A stretch of DNA of 64,000 nt, from the NCBI GenBank assembly GCA_051530055.1, contig CM121343.1, forward strand, positions 4,496,389-4,560,388, written 5' to 3'. This DNA is from Neoechinorhynchus agilis (lineage: Eukaryota; Animalia; Acanthocephala). The notes beneath the pieces were generated by a model. It was not told the DNA's origin and did not search any database. It worked only from the letters and a program-made list of their open reading frames with translations. A program made the position numbers and the translations under genes. Of this stretch, positions 1-10,985 are shown one piece after another (the stretch's first letter is position 1; the number at the start of each line of letters is the position of its first letter).

Positions 1-2350
1 CGGATTCTAAGAATGCAACGCATTGTTTTCTAACAATGCTGAGCAGAATGCTCACGCAACTTTTCAAACACACAAACTCATATATACCTCACTGCTGTGT
101 AAAAACTTGCGTCAACTATCAGTAAGTTTCCGTTCGACTTGTGTTCACGGACACAGCAGAAAGCTGCTCATGTTGGCCAACTGACCTTGTACACACTTCC
201 CTATTATTCGGCCAACCTAGTCATTTATCCAATTCACCGGCTGACCACATTCAATGACACTGCTGAACGATATGCTCACCACTATTGGTCCGCCTAAATT
301 TCCTCTGTCATCATTATCTTCACTTTGAACGATTGTAGGTTGCCGATGAGACAAAGTGCCTGTTTGTGAGTGGTCAGCGTGTGCGTATGCGAGAGTCAAG
401 TGATATCAAACAACACAGTACCCGGCTTTAATTGTTTCCTTTCAAATCTGATTGTGATAATCGATTGGCTTTAAGTGCAAATGTAGTCTTCCTTTATTTT
501 ATTCGCCTTAAATTTAAGGATATCAAATTTGACCATTATTTTTTTTCAACTCAGTAAATGGCATCATAGATGCGGTCCAGGTTGTTTGTAAATTAGTTCG
601 ATCACGCCCTCAATCTCTGCTCAAGACTAGTTTAAGTCGTCAATGCATCCTAAAAGAGCGCTATATCAATTTGTAGACTGTGAGGATATCCGGACTCCTA
701 AATGGCATCGCTCGAGAAAAATACGCGCTACTAATCATTATGTGAAAAACGCAAATGATATGAAGATGTGGTGTCGATTAAGATATGAACCTGAACACAT
801 CGGGTTAAATGCATCACCATCATCACCATCATTGACATTTAATGTGCTTTTAGGGCTTCTAACACTGCTCTGTTAATAGAAAGATGTAACAAATCAGCAT
901 AATACACCATGACTCTCGTGATTTGGGAAAACTGTACGGAAAAAGAAATGCGAAGTGGATTTTGTAAGCAATAACGATTTAACATAATTTTTGTTATATT
1001 GAGCATTGTATTTGAGTGTGGATATGTTGTTGTTGTTATTTGGGTCGCTTATTGATGACACCCGAGCGAGAGGAACGAATAATTAAAAACGATTGTATAT
1101 ACGTCGAATAATTAAATCAGTCAATTCAATTGCTTGTACATCTTCTTTTATAGCAATTGCAGTCAAATTATATTTTTCTTTAATGATTCCTCCTCTCGGG
1201 GGTCGACAAGCGACCTAAATAACAATTTGTTAGCATTGATCTCCTAACAGAAAATCGACTCCACTGTTTACGCAAATATCTCACTAGTCACAAGTTATAT
1301 GCAGTTTTAAACAACTTATGGCTTAAGATGAAAGGTATGATTGAAATAAGCAATTAATCGATTTTGTACGGCGTCTTTATCAATACATTGTTTCCGCACA
1401 ATTTTAAACATTTATTTGATTTGCAGAGCAGAATAAAGGGCGAAGCACAATTATGATGTTACTATCAAAGTAAATTCATCTTTATCAATTTCCAGTGGGG
1501 AATTTAGCATGGGAATCAATGACCCTCTTTAAATATCATCGAACGTGAGCATCTCCTTTCATAATATTTCACTAAATATGTTTTTCCCATTCAACTTCCA
1601 AGAATATAACCTTTGCCAGCCACCTTGGTATCATCGATTCCTTAATTTGAAATTCATAGAACTTTTGCACTCTACCGGGTATTAGTAAATCCCCATAATA
1701 ATATCTTACCAAGTCATTGTAAGTTGTATTTCCTAGATTTTTTGCCATTATTTTGATAATAAAAGTTTTTTTAAGATTTGGCATTGATAAACACCCTTAA
1801 TGCTAGAGGCTTCCGAATTAACATTCTCAACGCTTTCACATATATCTTCTTCCTTTACCACTTATTGCTCGTCTTCTGGGCCGGAGCTTCCGTTGGTCTA
1901 TGTAATTTATGGTGAAGAAGCATTAGTGGCGCCGTTATTGATATAAAAAAGCGTGATATTTAGACTCCATTTATCGCTTGTTCTACCTTAGGACGTCCTG
2001 TTCAATAATATAACCCATCTCTTTATGTGTAACTGTCTTCGTGCAAGTGCTCATAATCTACAGCAAAGCAGAGGCATACTTATAATAACACGTTTATTTG
2101 TTACTTAACAAGAAAGGGACCCGTGTACCTTTTGTCCTCATAAATACCTGAGTTCAGAGTTGTTCAATGAATGCGGTTGTTGATTATTGAATATATTATT
2201 GTTTTGGTCGAGTGGGAAGATCCGCTCGGAGAAAGTCCTTTCGGGTAGGAATATCCAGTCGGGGGATGCCCTTTCGGGTGGGGATTGACGAGCATTGTTC
2301 TAAGGAGAGTTTGTAAGATTACGTCTTTCCTGAGGTTAATTTCGAATAAT

Positions 2351-4969
2351 GAAATCCGAGAAGATTGGGCAGTATGGAAAAAGGAGCGGAGGTTGGTCTC
2401 TCCTCAGAATCATTTCAGGTTATGATATCCGAGAAGATTGGGCAGTATGGAAAAAGGAGCGGAGCTTGGTCCTTCCTCAGAATCATTTCAGGTTATGATA
2501 TCCGAGAAGATTGGGCAGTATGGAAAAAGGAGCGGAGCTTGGTCTTTCCTCAGAATCATTTCAGGTTATGATATCCGAGAAGATTGGGCAGTATGGAAAA
2601 AGGAGCGGAGCTTGGTCTTCCTCAGAATCATTTCAGGTTATGATATCCGAGAAGATTGGGCAGTATGGAAAAAGGAGCGGAGCTTGGTCTTTTCAGAATC
2701 ATTTCAGGTTATGATATCCGAGAAGATTGGGCAGTATGGAAAAAGGAGCGGAGCTTGGTCCTTCCTCAGAATCATTTCAGGTTATGATATCCGAGAAGAT
2801 TGGGCAGTATGGAAAAAGGAGCGGAGCTTGGTCCTTCCTCAGAATCATTTCAGGTTATGATATCCGAGAAGATTGGGCAGTATGGAAAAAGGAGCGGAGC
2901 TTGGTCCTTCCTCAGAATCATTTCAGGTTATGATATCCGAGAAGATTGGGCAGTATGGAAAAAGGAGCGGAGCTTGGTCTTTCCTCAGAATCATTTCAGG
3001 TTATGATATCCGAGAAGATTGGGCAGTATGGAAAAAGGAGCGGAGCTTGGTCCTTCCTCAGAATCATTTCAGGTTATGATATCCGAGAAGATTGGGCAGT
3101 ATGGAAAAAGGAGCGGAGCTTGGTCCTTCCTCAGAATCATTTCAGGTTATGATATCCGAGAAGATTGGGCAGTATGGAAAAAGGAGCGGAGCTTGGTCTT
3201 TCCTCAGAATCATTTCAGGTTATGATATCCGAGAAGATTGGGCAGTATGGAAAAAGGAGCGGAGCTTGGTCCTTCCTCAGAATCATTTCAGGTTATGATA
3301 TCCGAGAAGATTGGGCAGTATGGAAAAAGGAGCGGAGCTTGGTCCTTCCTCAGAATCATTTCAGGTTATGATATCCGAGAAGATTGGGCAGTATGGAAAA
3401 AGGAGCGGAGCTTGGTCCTTCCTCAGAATCATTTCAGGTTATGATATCCGAGAAGATTGGGCAGTATGGAAAAAGGAGCGGAGCTTGGTCCTTCCTCAGA
3501 ATCATTTCAGGTTATGATATCCGAGAAGATTGGGCAGTATGGAAAAAGGAGCGGAGCTTGGTCCTTCCTCAGAATCATTTCAGGTTATGATATCCGAGAA
3601 GATTGGGCAGTATGGAAAAAGGAGCGGAGCTTGGTCCTTCCTCAGAATCATTTCAGGTTATGATATCCGAGAAGATTGGGCAGTATGGAAAAAGGAGCGG
3701 AGCTTGGTCCTTCCTCAGAATCATTTCAGGTTATGATATCCGAGAAGATTGGGCAGTATGGAAAAAGGAGCGGAGCTTGTCCTTCCTCAGAATCATTTCA
3801 GGTTATGATATCCGAGAAGATTGGGCAGTATGGAAAAAGGAGCGGAGCTTGGTCATGGAAAAAGGAGCGGAGCTTGGTCCTTCCTCAGAATCATTTCAGG
3901 TTATGATATCCGAGAAGATTGGGCAGTATGGAAAAAGGAGCGGAGCTTGGTCCTTCCTCAGAATCATTTCAGGTTATGATATCCGAGAAGATTGGGCAGT
4001 ATGGAAAAAGGAGCGGAGCTTGGTCTCTCCTCAGAATCATTTCAGGTTATGATATCCGAGAAGATTGGGCAGTATGGAAAAAGGAGCGGAGCTTGGTCTT
4101 TCCTCAGAATCATTTCAGGTTATGATATCCGAGAAGATTGGGCAGTATGGAAAAAGGAGCGGAGCTTGGTCCTTCCTCAGAATCATTTCAGGTTATGATA
4201 TCCGAGAAGATTGGGCAGTATGGAAAAAGGAGCGGAGCTTGGTCTCTCCTCAGAATCATTTCAGGTTATGATATCCGAGAAGATTGGGCAGTATGGAAAA
4301 AGGAGCGGAGCTTGGTCTTTCCTCAGAAATTCAGTTAGATATCCGAGAAGATTGGGCAGTATGGAAAATGTCCTTCCTCAGAATCATTTCAGGTTATGAT
4401 ATCCGAGAAGATTGGGCAGTATGGAAAAAGGAGCGGAGCTTGGTCTCTCCTCAGAATCATTTCAGGTTATGATATCCGAGAAGATTGGGCAGTATGGAAA
4501 AAGGAGCGGAGCTTGGTCTCTCCTCAGAATCATTTCAGGTTATGATATCCGAGAAGATTGGGCAGTATGGAAAAAGGAGCGGAGCTTGGTCTTTCCTCAG
4601 AATCATTTCAGGTTATGATATCCGAGAAGATTGGGCAGTATGGAAAAAGGAGCGGAGCTTGGTCCTTCCTCAGAATCATTTCAGGTTATGATATCCGAGA
4701 AGATTGGGCAGTATGATATCCGAGAAGATTGGGCAGTAAGGAAAAAGGAGCGGAGCTTGGTCTCTCCTCAGAATCATTTCAGGTTATGATATCCGAGAAG
4801 ATTGGGCAGTAAGGAAAAAGGAGCGGAGCTTGGTCCTTCCTCAGAATCATTTCAGGTTATGATATCCGAAAAGATTGGGCAGTATGGAAAAAGGAGCGGA
4901 GCTTGGTCCTTCCTCAGAATCATTTCAGGTTATGATATCCGAGAAGATTGGGCAGTATGGAAAAAGGAG
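2351..4969. repeat. Tandem array of a 73-bp unit, about 36 copies
   Basis: Seen directly. Unit GATATCCGAGAAGATTGGGCAGTATGGAAAAAGGAGCGGAGCTTGGTCCTTCCTCAGAATCATTTCAGGTTAT. Variation is concentrated at GGTC(CT/TT/TC)TCC, with a few partial or deleted units (e.g. ~3850, ~4325-4370, ~4710). Confidence 0.98.
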
Positions 4970-5283
4970 TGTATTAGATTATGCGTACGTTTGTGTTCGT
5001 TCATATTCGTTTTATTTAGGATTGCATTCGGGTGGTTAGATATGTTGTCGTTTGGGTCGCTTGTTAACATCCGAGAGTTGAAAAACTAACAAGCAAGTGA
5101 GGTGATAATGACTGATTCAATCAGTCGAAATCCAACATCCTCTCTCTCGTCAACGTCTATTCTCTCAACAAATCAATGAAGAGTGAACGGTAATCGGTTC
5201 AGTATTCCGCTCTGATCGATATTGTACTAAATAAGTGTTTTGAACGAGTCACTGAAACTCTAAAGGGTTCATTAATTGAGGCG

Positions 5284-6720
5284 ATGATCACACTTAAGGA
5301 TATATTAACGGATGCTATTCAGTGCGAAATGGAAGCTCTCAAAAATGAACTGTTGTTTGAAGTCAAAAGGCGCAAAGGGAAAAAGCTAACGGTTCAGGGA
5401 AGTAGACAAAGGTTACAAATGGGAATTCTAAGAAACAAGCTAAAGGTTTACAGAAATCGGCTAGTGAAGCTTCCAAAAAGGAGAACACGGTTTTTAATAG
5501 ATTCCATCTTTATGGCAAACTCAAACGAAGATTCGTTGGAAACGAGTGATCTTCAAAAGACTTCGAATGTTTCGACAATTACTAGGGACTTGGTAAAGCC
5601 TGTAGTACTTAATGATTCTTAAATTACTGTGGAGGAGTATGATAAAGCGATTCAGCTGGAGTAATTATTAAGAAAGCTACAGGAGCAACAAATAACTATA
5701 AGGATATACCATCAAAATCAATCAACCCTTCGATTCATTTCGGTAATGATACGCATTCTCAACCCCGGCCATCATCTCTCGTTGCTCTGAATTCGGCCCA
5801 TCGTATCATGCACTCCTCCCTCCAGGATAGAAATCGCACCATATTCATTTCTGGTATGCCGGAAGCCCCTGTTGCAGATCCTATCGCCGCCGATGCACAC
5901 AACCGCCACCACATTCTTCGTATCGGTGAACCCCTTTTCCTCGACATTCACTTCAAATTTTCGAGTCGCCCCTGGATTTCTCTCTTTGGGATAATCAATC
6001 GTTCTATATCGGCAACCTGTAACAATTCCTCCCTTAATCCATCACTCGTGACGAGCAACGCAACCTCAATCTCCCTCATTTCCGCCCCCGGTTTGCCGAA
6101 ATCCAAAATTCCCTTCCCCACCATTTTCTAAGCTAATACTCGTAGCTTCCTTCCTAAACTGGATGAAATTTCACTCTTTTCATCTACCTCAATAGCCGAC
6201 GTAGTAATCTTAACAAAAACGTGGCTTACCCCCTTCAACAGCAATTCAGCCATCCTTGCCGGGTAATCTTCCTTCTATCCAAACCGCGAGGCCTGTCCAG
6301 GAGTGGGTCTCAATTTACGTGCGGCAATCGCTACCTTACTCTTTATCTCTCACAGGCTCTCTTCAAAACCCCGATTTAGAATTCATCGCAGTCCATTTCA
6401 TAGCTCTTCTGAGAAGCAGCCTTAGAGAATTCACCATTGCTGGCGTCTATCGCCCTCCTACCTCTCGTCCTGAGTCCTCTTTGCGCCAACTTGATTCTAT
6501 GATGGAGCTCATAAACTCCACAAATTCACACCATTTCTTAATTGCAAGGGACTTCAATAATCTATTTCTTTTTCTAGCCTTCTCCGAGCTGCGACTTCCC
6601 AACTCGTCTTAACGCTCACCTCAATAACTGTTCACAAATATCGATGTCTACTAATCCGCCTCTAAACTCCCTCCCCCGCGAATTCTGACCATTCCTCTGC
6701 CCTCATCACTTCCTCCATCC
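5284..6720 (+). mobile_element. Degenerate 5' half of a non-LTR retrotransposon (CR1/L2-type): ORF1-like remnant plus APE endonuclease
   Basis: Broken frames give APE motifs: IF*ANTRSFLPKLDEI (6122), DVVILTKTWL, GVYRPP, FLIARDFN and a C-terminal SDH (~6686). The ORF at 5284-5622 is a basic, coiled-coil-like ORF1 candidate. Stops and frameshifts are present. Confidence 0.8.
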
Positions 6721-7374
6721 CACCTCAGCGTATGAAATCTTCCCGTTTACCCGTCTGGGATAAACGTGATCATCACATATCAATGTCGATTAATCCAAAA
6801 AGTGAGTTTTACGTCGTTGTAATCCTTTGAAATTTGAAGAATTCCTTTCTTGAAACTGTACGAAATTTCATGGTGTGAGGCGCAATAAATATCATAGATG
6901 TTTATTACTCAAGTCTTGCGGGTTTTCATTTTATTTAAAAATGCTTGGCGAGAGCAGCTTGCATTTCTGAAATCTAAAACTCGGGTATCCTATCCGTAGC
7001 AGCTAGTCAAAGTTTTATTGCTCTGAAGGACGAAATGAACGGCACATCGACATTGGACATTTGCTCTTTATTCCAAATTTAACAGACTATTTAAAGATCA
7101 AACTAAAGCGTAATGATTTAATACTGATTGAATTTGTTGACCCATGAAACTTTGTAGTTAATTAGATTTTGTCCTCCGATTTTATCATTTCAAGTTATCA
7201 TGGTAGCGCTCGTTCGTGTGACTCCAAACAGTTTGAAGGGTTATTATTTAGAAATCAAGCAAATCTGAATTGTTTCGTCCTTGTAAGCTTCTACGATCAT
7301 TGCAGTAAAATATGGTCGAACCGAGCAGGGTTTGATCAAAGGTCCCGGTGCGCTGATGCATTGATTAACTTTAT

Positions 7375-8797
7375 TTGCCAACGATGATGATAAGGATGTT
7401 CATTATGTTGTCTGTGTACCAGGAAGATCCTTATGAATTTCGATTCGACAGACTTCTTTGCTTTCAGCTGGATCTTTTTGATGATTCTGAAGCGGATTCT
7501 GGGTACTCACGCACGTATATATCTGAATTCACATCTCCATTCATTATCCAGTGCATGAAACATACAATCATTCCGGGTGGGGGAAATCCATGTGCAGGGC
7601 GCCTGATGATTACTTTCTCTTCTATAACGATGCTCTACCACTTCTTTGGCTGAATATAACCGAGGTTCAGGCTTAAAAACTCAATGACAAATCGATATTG
7701 CTAAAAGGTTGTTGGCTCGATCGAATTCAGGATTCGGAATTCGACATTTTATCCGCTCGTTCGAATGGAGTTATTTGTTCGTTTTTTTCATTTATGTGGC
7801 ACTTAGCAAAAATGTGTAGTTCCTCCGCTAACCGAAATGATTCAAAAACATGTATAAAAGCCATTCGCAGATATTTAATGAAATTATTGACAAATATTAA
7901 CATGGTAAGATACGAAGCACCTTTTGAGAGTGATGAATTTAAATGACCACGTAAACGGAGTCTTGGAAGGATGTTTGTTGCTAATGAGCAAGTATTTGTA
8001 CATGGTTGATACTGATCAATGTGACTGTCGCAGTCTCTATCCCATTTGTCGTCAATCTTACTTAGATTGCGTCCAAGCAATAGTGACACTGGTGAAGACT
8101 CCCAATTGCGACAGGAATACATTACCTAGAAAATTCATTCTCAGCTACAGCTTATCTTACTTTTTAATAGCCGTGAGGGATTTCTATTTTCGAGATTACA
8201 AAAATGCGACTGATAAAGTCGATTTTATTCGACAATCAGAGCCCGCAATCTACAACCGCGACTAAAAAGCACTCCAGCTTGAAATGTATGCCGATGAAGG
8301 CTCGTTTCCGCGATTGCTTATACAATCAAATACTTGGACAAATGCTAAATTGCCACTCAATGACATGTTTACCATTGTTCTGCTACGGCAGGCTCTTTTC
8401 TTGGTTTATCTCGATTGGAGACTTGAATGGCCAATTACATTGAGGGTGAACAAGACGGTATTCTGTGCAAAAAGGTTTTATCCATTGGTTTTTTCCAATG
8501 GCTGCTCCCATTGCAATAAAGTTAGAAAAAATAAATGTCTTACACTCGTTTGTACATAAGATGGTCAAGAATGTGCTTTATGATTCGATGATTCCGCAGT
8601 CGGATGCCATTTGTCTCGGAATGTCTCACGTTATAATAACGACACCGTTCCAAATGCTACAAGTGTTCAATCCCAACGAGTTTCAAATTCTAATTAACGG
8701 ACGTGCGCTCAGCACTTTGGACTGCGGACTTAATCCGCCTTTCACCGTCGGTGATTTCGGTCGTGATACTGAGAGATGGCCAACGATCAGGTTTTGA
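7375..8797 (+). pseudogene. Interrupted intronless coding-like region of unknown family
   Basis: Consecutive + strand ORFs (7375-7653, 7698-7946, 7924-8265, 8284-8559, 8465-8797). The 7924 and 8284 ORFs share a frame, separated by one TAA. No motif recognised. Confidence 0.3.
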
Positions 8798-9750
8798 ACT
8801 TGCATAACAACGGACTAAAGCAAATATGTATATATATATGGTCGAAACTGGTAGTAACGAACTAAAATGACTTCAGCCAATAAAACCTATGCGTAAAAGA
8901 GTGTCATCTCCACTGAAAGCATACTTTTTATCAAACTTTACTGACTTAACACTACTGAGCTAGCTTCTGCTGTGAGCTGTTTGCTTCGCAAATGGTAAAA
9001 CTTGCTTTTAATAATCTCTAAAAGTTGAACAAATTAAATAGAGTTATGCGACCCAAAAACTCACCTTTTCGGATTTAAAGAAATATTTTCAGGAAAACAC
9101 CATTGTTATCGAAGAAGTGACACCACTTTTCTGGGGAACGCGGAACGTTGTTCGGGTGGATTTCGTCTGTTCGGATTTACACAATTCCTTTTTCTCTAGG
9201 CTAGAAGAGTTTCTGATTTTCCCTGGTCAGGAAAGTAAGTTAATCACTTAAACATGTTCACTTCACAACTTCGAAAAAAAGGTGGTAACCGGCTAGCCCG
9301 GCATAAGATAAAATACCTTCAACAAGCTAAAACCTGGCAGAGTTTGTACATTCCGCAGTTGTGCCGAGGTGGACGTGAGGCCCAAATCCCAGTTTGGGTC
9401 GGTATTGGAGAATTCGAAACCATATGAAAACCCATAACCTGATTGATTTCATCCACTTCACTGACCCGGATCGGAGGGAGCCTTGTAAGTGATGTGTTCA
9501 CTTCAACACACAAGACTCCGTTGACAAAAGGAGCGGATGTGTAATATCGATTAGAACTCTAAGTGAACATTCCCTGAGTCTAGAATTTCGTGCCTTATTC
9601 CTCCTTAGGAGGGCACATCACAACAAGAGCCTTTCGCCCGTTTAAATGACACAATCGATTTTAAGAAGATGGAAGTCGTGAGTTTCTGAATTTCTGCGAT
9701 TTAATTCACCGTTGGGAGCGCTTGACAAATATCATTCCTTTTATTCAACT

Positions 9751-10854
9751 TTAATAGAAATTGTATCTTTTAGGCACATGGATTGGTGGGTATGGTGCGG
9801 TTTTTGAGTTTTTAGGTTTTCGTTCATTACGATTACGCACTCCGACATTCGGACTCCTGTTCATGGGCAATGAACTTGCTTTCCGAGAGAAAATTGTTCT
9901 TTTTTTTGGTGATTCGTTAAACACTCGAGGAAGATTTTCAGATGGAAAGCGGGAAGTGCGCTTGCTCGTATTGATTGGTTGAGGAAAGGGCTTGTCAAAA
10001 AAGTTCTCAAATCTTCGGTTATATTCATCTTTATCTGGATGTCCTCCGTTTTTATTCTGAACAGCAAACGTTTCGTCATACGTATTGAACACAATGCGGT
10101 TCATTAACTTGGCTTTTGTCACGGGTAAAGGATTAGATTGTGGCTTGATTCGTTCATCTTTAACTTGGATTGATTCGTGCTCTCTTCTTATTAACAACCT
10201 TTCACTTGAATCCGGCACCGGCATTTTGTTGTATTGGTTCTTCATCGAATCATTTGACATCAATTTTCTAAGATTTTCTATTCGTTCTTCTCTGCTTGGT
10301 GTAAATCCTCTATCATTCAGTCTGTCGGTATGTTGTTGTGACGAACGATATCCGCCACGGGCATTATAGTTGTAATTTTTGATGCGTACACAAGGTCGCT
10401 TTCTACCGCCTTTATAAATGGATCTGAATCCTGAACTCCGACGCGTTCTCACATTCCCATTTGGTATTTTTCTGACCATCAACTCGTTAGCCTTGTTGGC
10501 GGACGTAGTTGCCATTTGTGAAGAAGGTAGCATTGGTAAGCGTAACTTTTCACTGCGATTACTATTGGACGAAGGAATCGAGCATCGAACGTGCGATCTC
10601 GAACGTGGTAATTCCTGGAGATTGCTATCAAGATCATTCCAGGTCTGAACTAATTGCTGAGGTTGAGGCGGCTCATACTCCATTTTTTCATCCACATCAC
10701 TTTGTTCATCAATCATGAACGCTCTATACGAAGCCAGATTGTTCTCGAAAAGATAATTCTCCTCATTGGGGACGACCCGTAAACCGCAATTGTGACAAAA
10801 GTTCGATTCCAGCAATAGATTCGTCGAACAAGATGAACACATCAAGTTCTCCAT
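9751..10854 (-). CDS. 367-aa orphan protein with an N-terminal zinc ribbon (CxxC...CxxC) and a long disordered R/S/N-rich tail
   Basis: Single ORF. CSSC-x9-FCHNCG at the N-terminus, TTTTTTTTCAG acceptor 2 nt before the ATG, and AATAAA just after the stop (~9738-9743). Confidence 0.75.
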   Translation of the reverse strand: MENLMCSSCSTNLLLESNFCHNCGLRVVPNEENYLFENNLASYRAFMIDEQSDVDEKMEYEPPQPQQLVQTWNDLDSNLQELPRSRSHVRCSIPSSNSNRSEKLRLPMLPSSQMATTSANKANELMVRKIPNGNVRTRRSSGFRSIYKGGRKRPCVRIKNYNYNARGGYRSSQQHTDRLNDRGFTPSREERIENLRKLMSNDSMKNQYNKMPVPDSSERLLIRREHESIQVKDERIKPQSNPLPVTKAKLMNRIVFNTYDETFAVQNKNGGHPDKDEYNRRFENFFDKPFPQPINTSKRTSRFPSENLPRVFNESPKKRTIFSRKASSLPMNRSPNVGVRNRNERKPKNSKTAPYPPIHVPKRYNFY

Positions 10855-10985
10855 TTCTGAAAAAAAAGATTAACTCTGTGAGATGAACAAAGTCAATTGA
10901 TCGCCTACATAACCCGTTCAAAAAACATTTATTAACCGGTTTTATTTTGTACGCAATTGTAATTGTTGAGACGTCCACAATCGTG

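Noticed and set aside
1705-1735. Partial matches to the bdelloid spliced leader (CTTACCAAG; TACAACTTAC on the minus strand)
   Set aside because: The matches are only 9-10 nt, with no following GT donor or Sm site.
2230-2340. RNase P/MRP RNA (GAAAGTCC after a hairpin)
   Set aside because: There is no convincing CR-V partner and the available length (~130 nt) is too short.
2351-4969. CRISPR array or hammerhead satellite (minus strand has CTGAGGA and GAAA)
   Set aside because: There are no unique spacers and no cas genes. Only 5 nt separate GAAA from the next CTGAGGA, too few for stems III and I with an NUH site.
2365-5089. Dozens of 60-150 aa ORFs (MGSMEKGAELG...) in the ORF track
   Set aside because: They are artefacts of a 73-bp unit, which is not a multiple of 3. 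Each frame hits the same TGA after about three units.
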